Source: Callorhinchus milii
Taxonomy: Eukaryota
DNA: 64,000 bases
Assembly: GCF_018977255.1 (NCBI RefSeq)
Contig: NW_024704743.1
Coordinates: 69,132,001-69,196,000, forward strand
Direction of reading: 5' to 3'
Below are positions 62,929 through 64,000 of this stretch, piece by piece. Each line of letters opens with the position of its first letter. Within the stretch, counting starts at the first letter, position 1. Both the position numbers and the translations under genes were made by a program. The notes beneath the pieces are model-generated. The model was not told the origin of the DNA, ran no database searches, and worked only from the letters and a program-made list of their open reading frames with translations.

Positions 62929-64000
62929 TATTAATATATTACTAGTTAGAGGTTCCTACATTTGTACTGTGACGCTGAAAAATATCAACACTGTAGTAAA
63001 GATGAGAATAGCTTTATCGCTGCAGTATTAACTGTGTAAAGATGTTCCCATTGTAAACATGTTCATACATTATTTAGCAGCAAGAGAAAATTTTCTATCT
63101 TTCATGCTATTGAATAATTTCCAAAGGCTCAAATGCTAGATTCAAGCAACCAGCATGGTAGCAATCCTGCACAAAATAAAATATCTATAAAACTAGTAAA
63201 CATCTAACTGCTAAAGCATTCTCCAAATATATGTATACAATGTTTCCACAATAGAAAAAAGAATAGAAGTAGTTTGTGAACAAGACAGGAAATCATGGGT
63301 AAGAAACATTCAAGACAAAAAGAAATGCAGATACAGCAGAAGAATCAAACAGAGAAAGGAATGTGTTGAACTGAGATGCTACCTATGTAAAGGTCGCTAT
63401 ATAAATGCAAGTTGTTGTTTTTGAATGTGTTAAAAGGTTGGCTTAAATGCTCTGATGACAAATGAGATATATTTTGACTCTAGTAGAATATTCCTGCAAG
63501 TAAATATTGGGGGAAAAGAACAAAGAGCAAAAAACCAATAAAACAGATGGGGCAAATTTACAAGTTTTACACCAATGCTTGAGTAGATGGAACAAGGTTT
63601 GTGGAATTGGAAATGCGCGCTGAAGAAAAAAAGTGTGTTCAAATTTAACCAGAGATCTGGTTAAACCATGATGACTGTAAGTCTGCAGCCAAAATCTGCA
63701 CCAGAGAAATGCCTCAGGACACAGTGTTTGTCTTAACAAGGTACCAGTGAATGTTGAGTGCCTATGAAATTGCCTAAAAGTCAAATTCCTTTAGGAGAAA
63801 ACAAGAAAATAAAGATAACAAGGAGGTTATTAATTGTTATAGAGCTACTGAACAGGAGGGGGGATAGGCAGGGAATTATTTTTTACAGATAAGGGAAGCC
63901 TCTTACAAAAAAACAGAACATTAATCAAGGCATTTCAATTAGCCAGATACTGCCTTGGGAGAGGACCTCAGTGACTTCTCATCAAAAGGACGGCACCTTC

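Noticed and set aside
16259..64000. Upstream non-coding HECW1 exons or a CpG-island promoter
   Set aside because: No CpG island or recognisable exon seen. CpG-rich patches are young repeats. Non-coding exons cannot be excluded without transcript data.

Overview
Vertebrate genomic DNA with no prokaryotic features. The window lies inside the 5' part of a HECW1 (NEDL1, C2-WW-HECT E3 ubiquitin ligase) gene on the minus strand. Two exons are readable. The first is a 58-nt start-codon exon (16201-16258: 31 nt 5'UTR plus MLLHLCSVK). The second is a 322-nt coding exon (7162-7483: NLYQNRFLGLAAMASPSR...WIGMYLV-G). Both have canonical AG/GT boundaries and compatible phase, and they are separated by an 8,717-nt intron. 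The rest appears intronic and is dense in CR1 LINEs, L2 LINEs, tRNA-headed SINEs with a Deu-type core and an L2-like tail, a few MITE-like elements and microsatellites. This repeat landscape suggests a cartilaginous fish, probably a chimaera (inference). I found no convincing new multi-gene system. The best leads are: an overlapping uORF plus a stronger downstream AUG that may select the HECW1 N-terminus; a triple tandem splice donor; a modular SINE family sharing a co-varying stem-loop with the local L2; a hAT-type MITE with TIRs and an 8-bp TSD near the start exon; several local inverted or templated duplications; and candidate conserved non-coding elements. Family names and human comparisons are from memory, not database searches. 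Boundaries of degenerate repeats are approximate.
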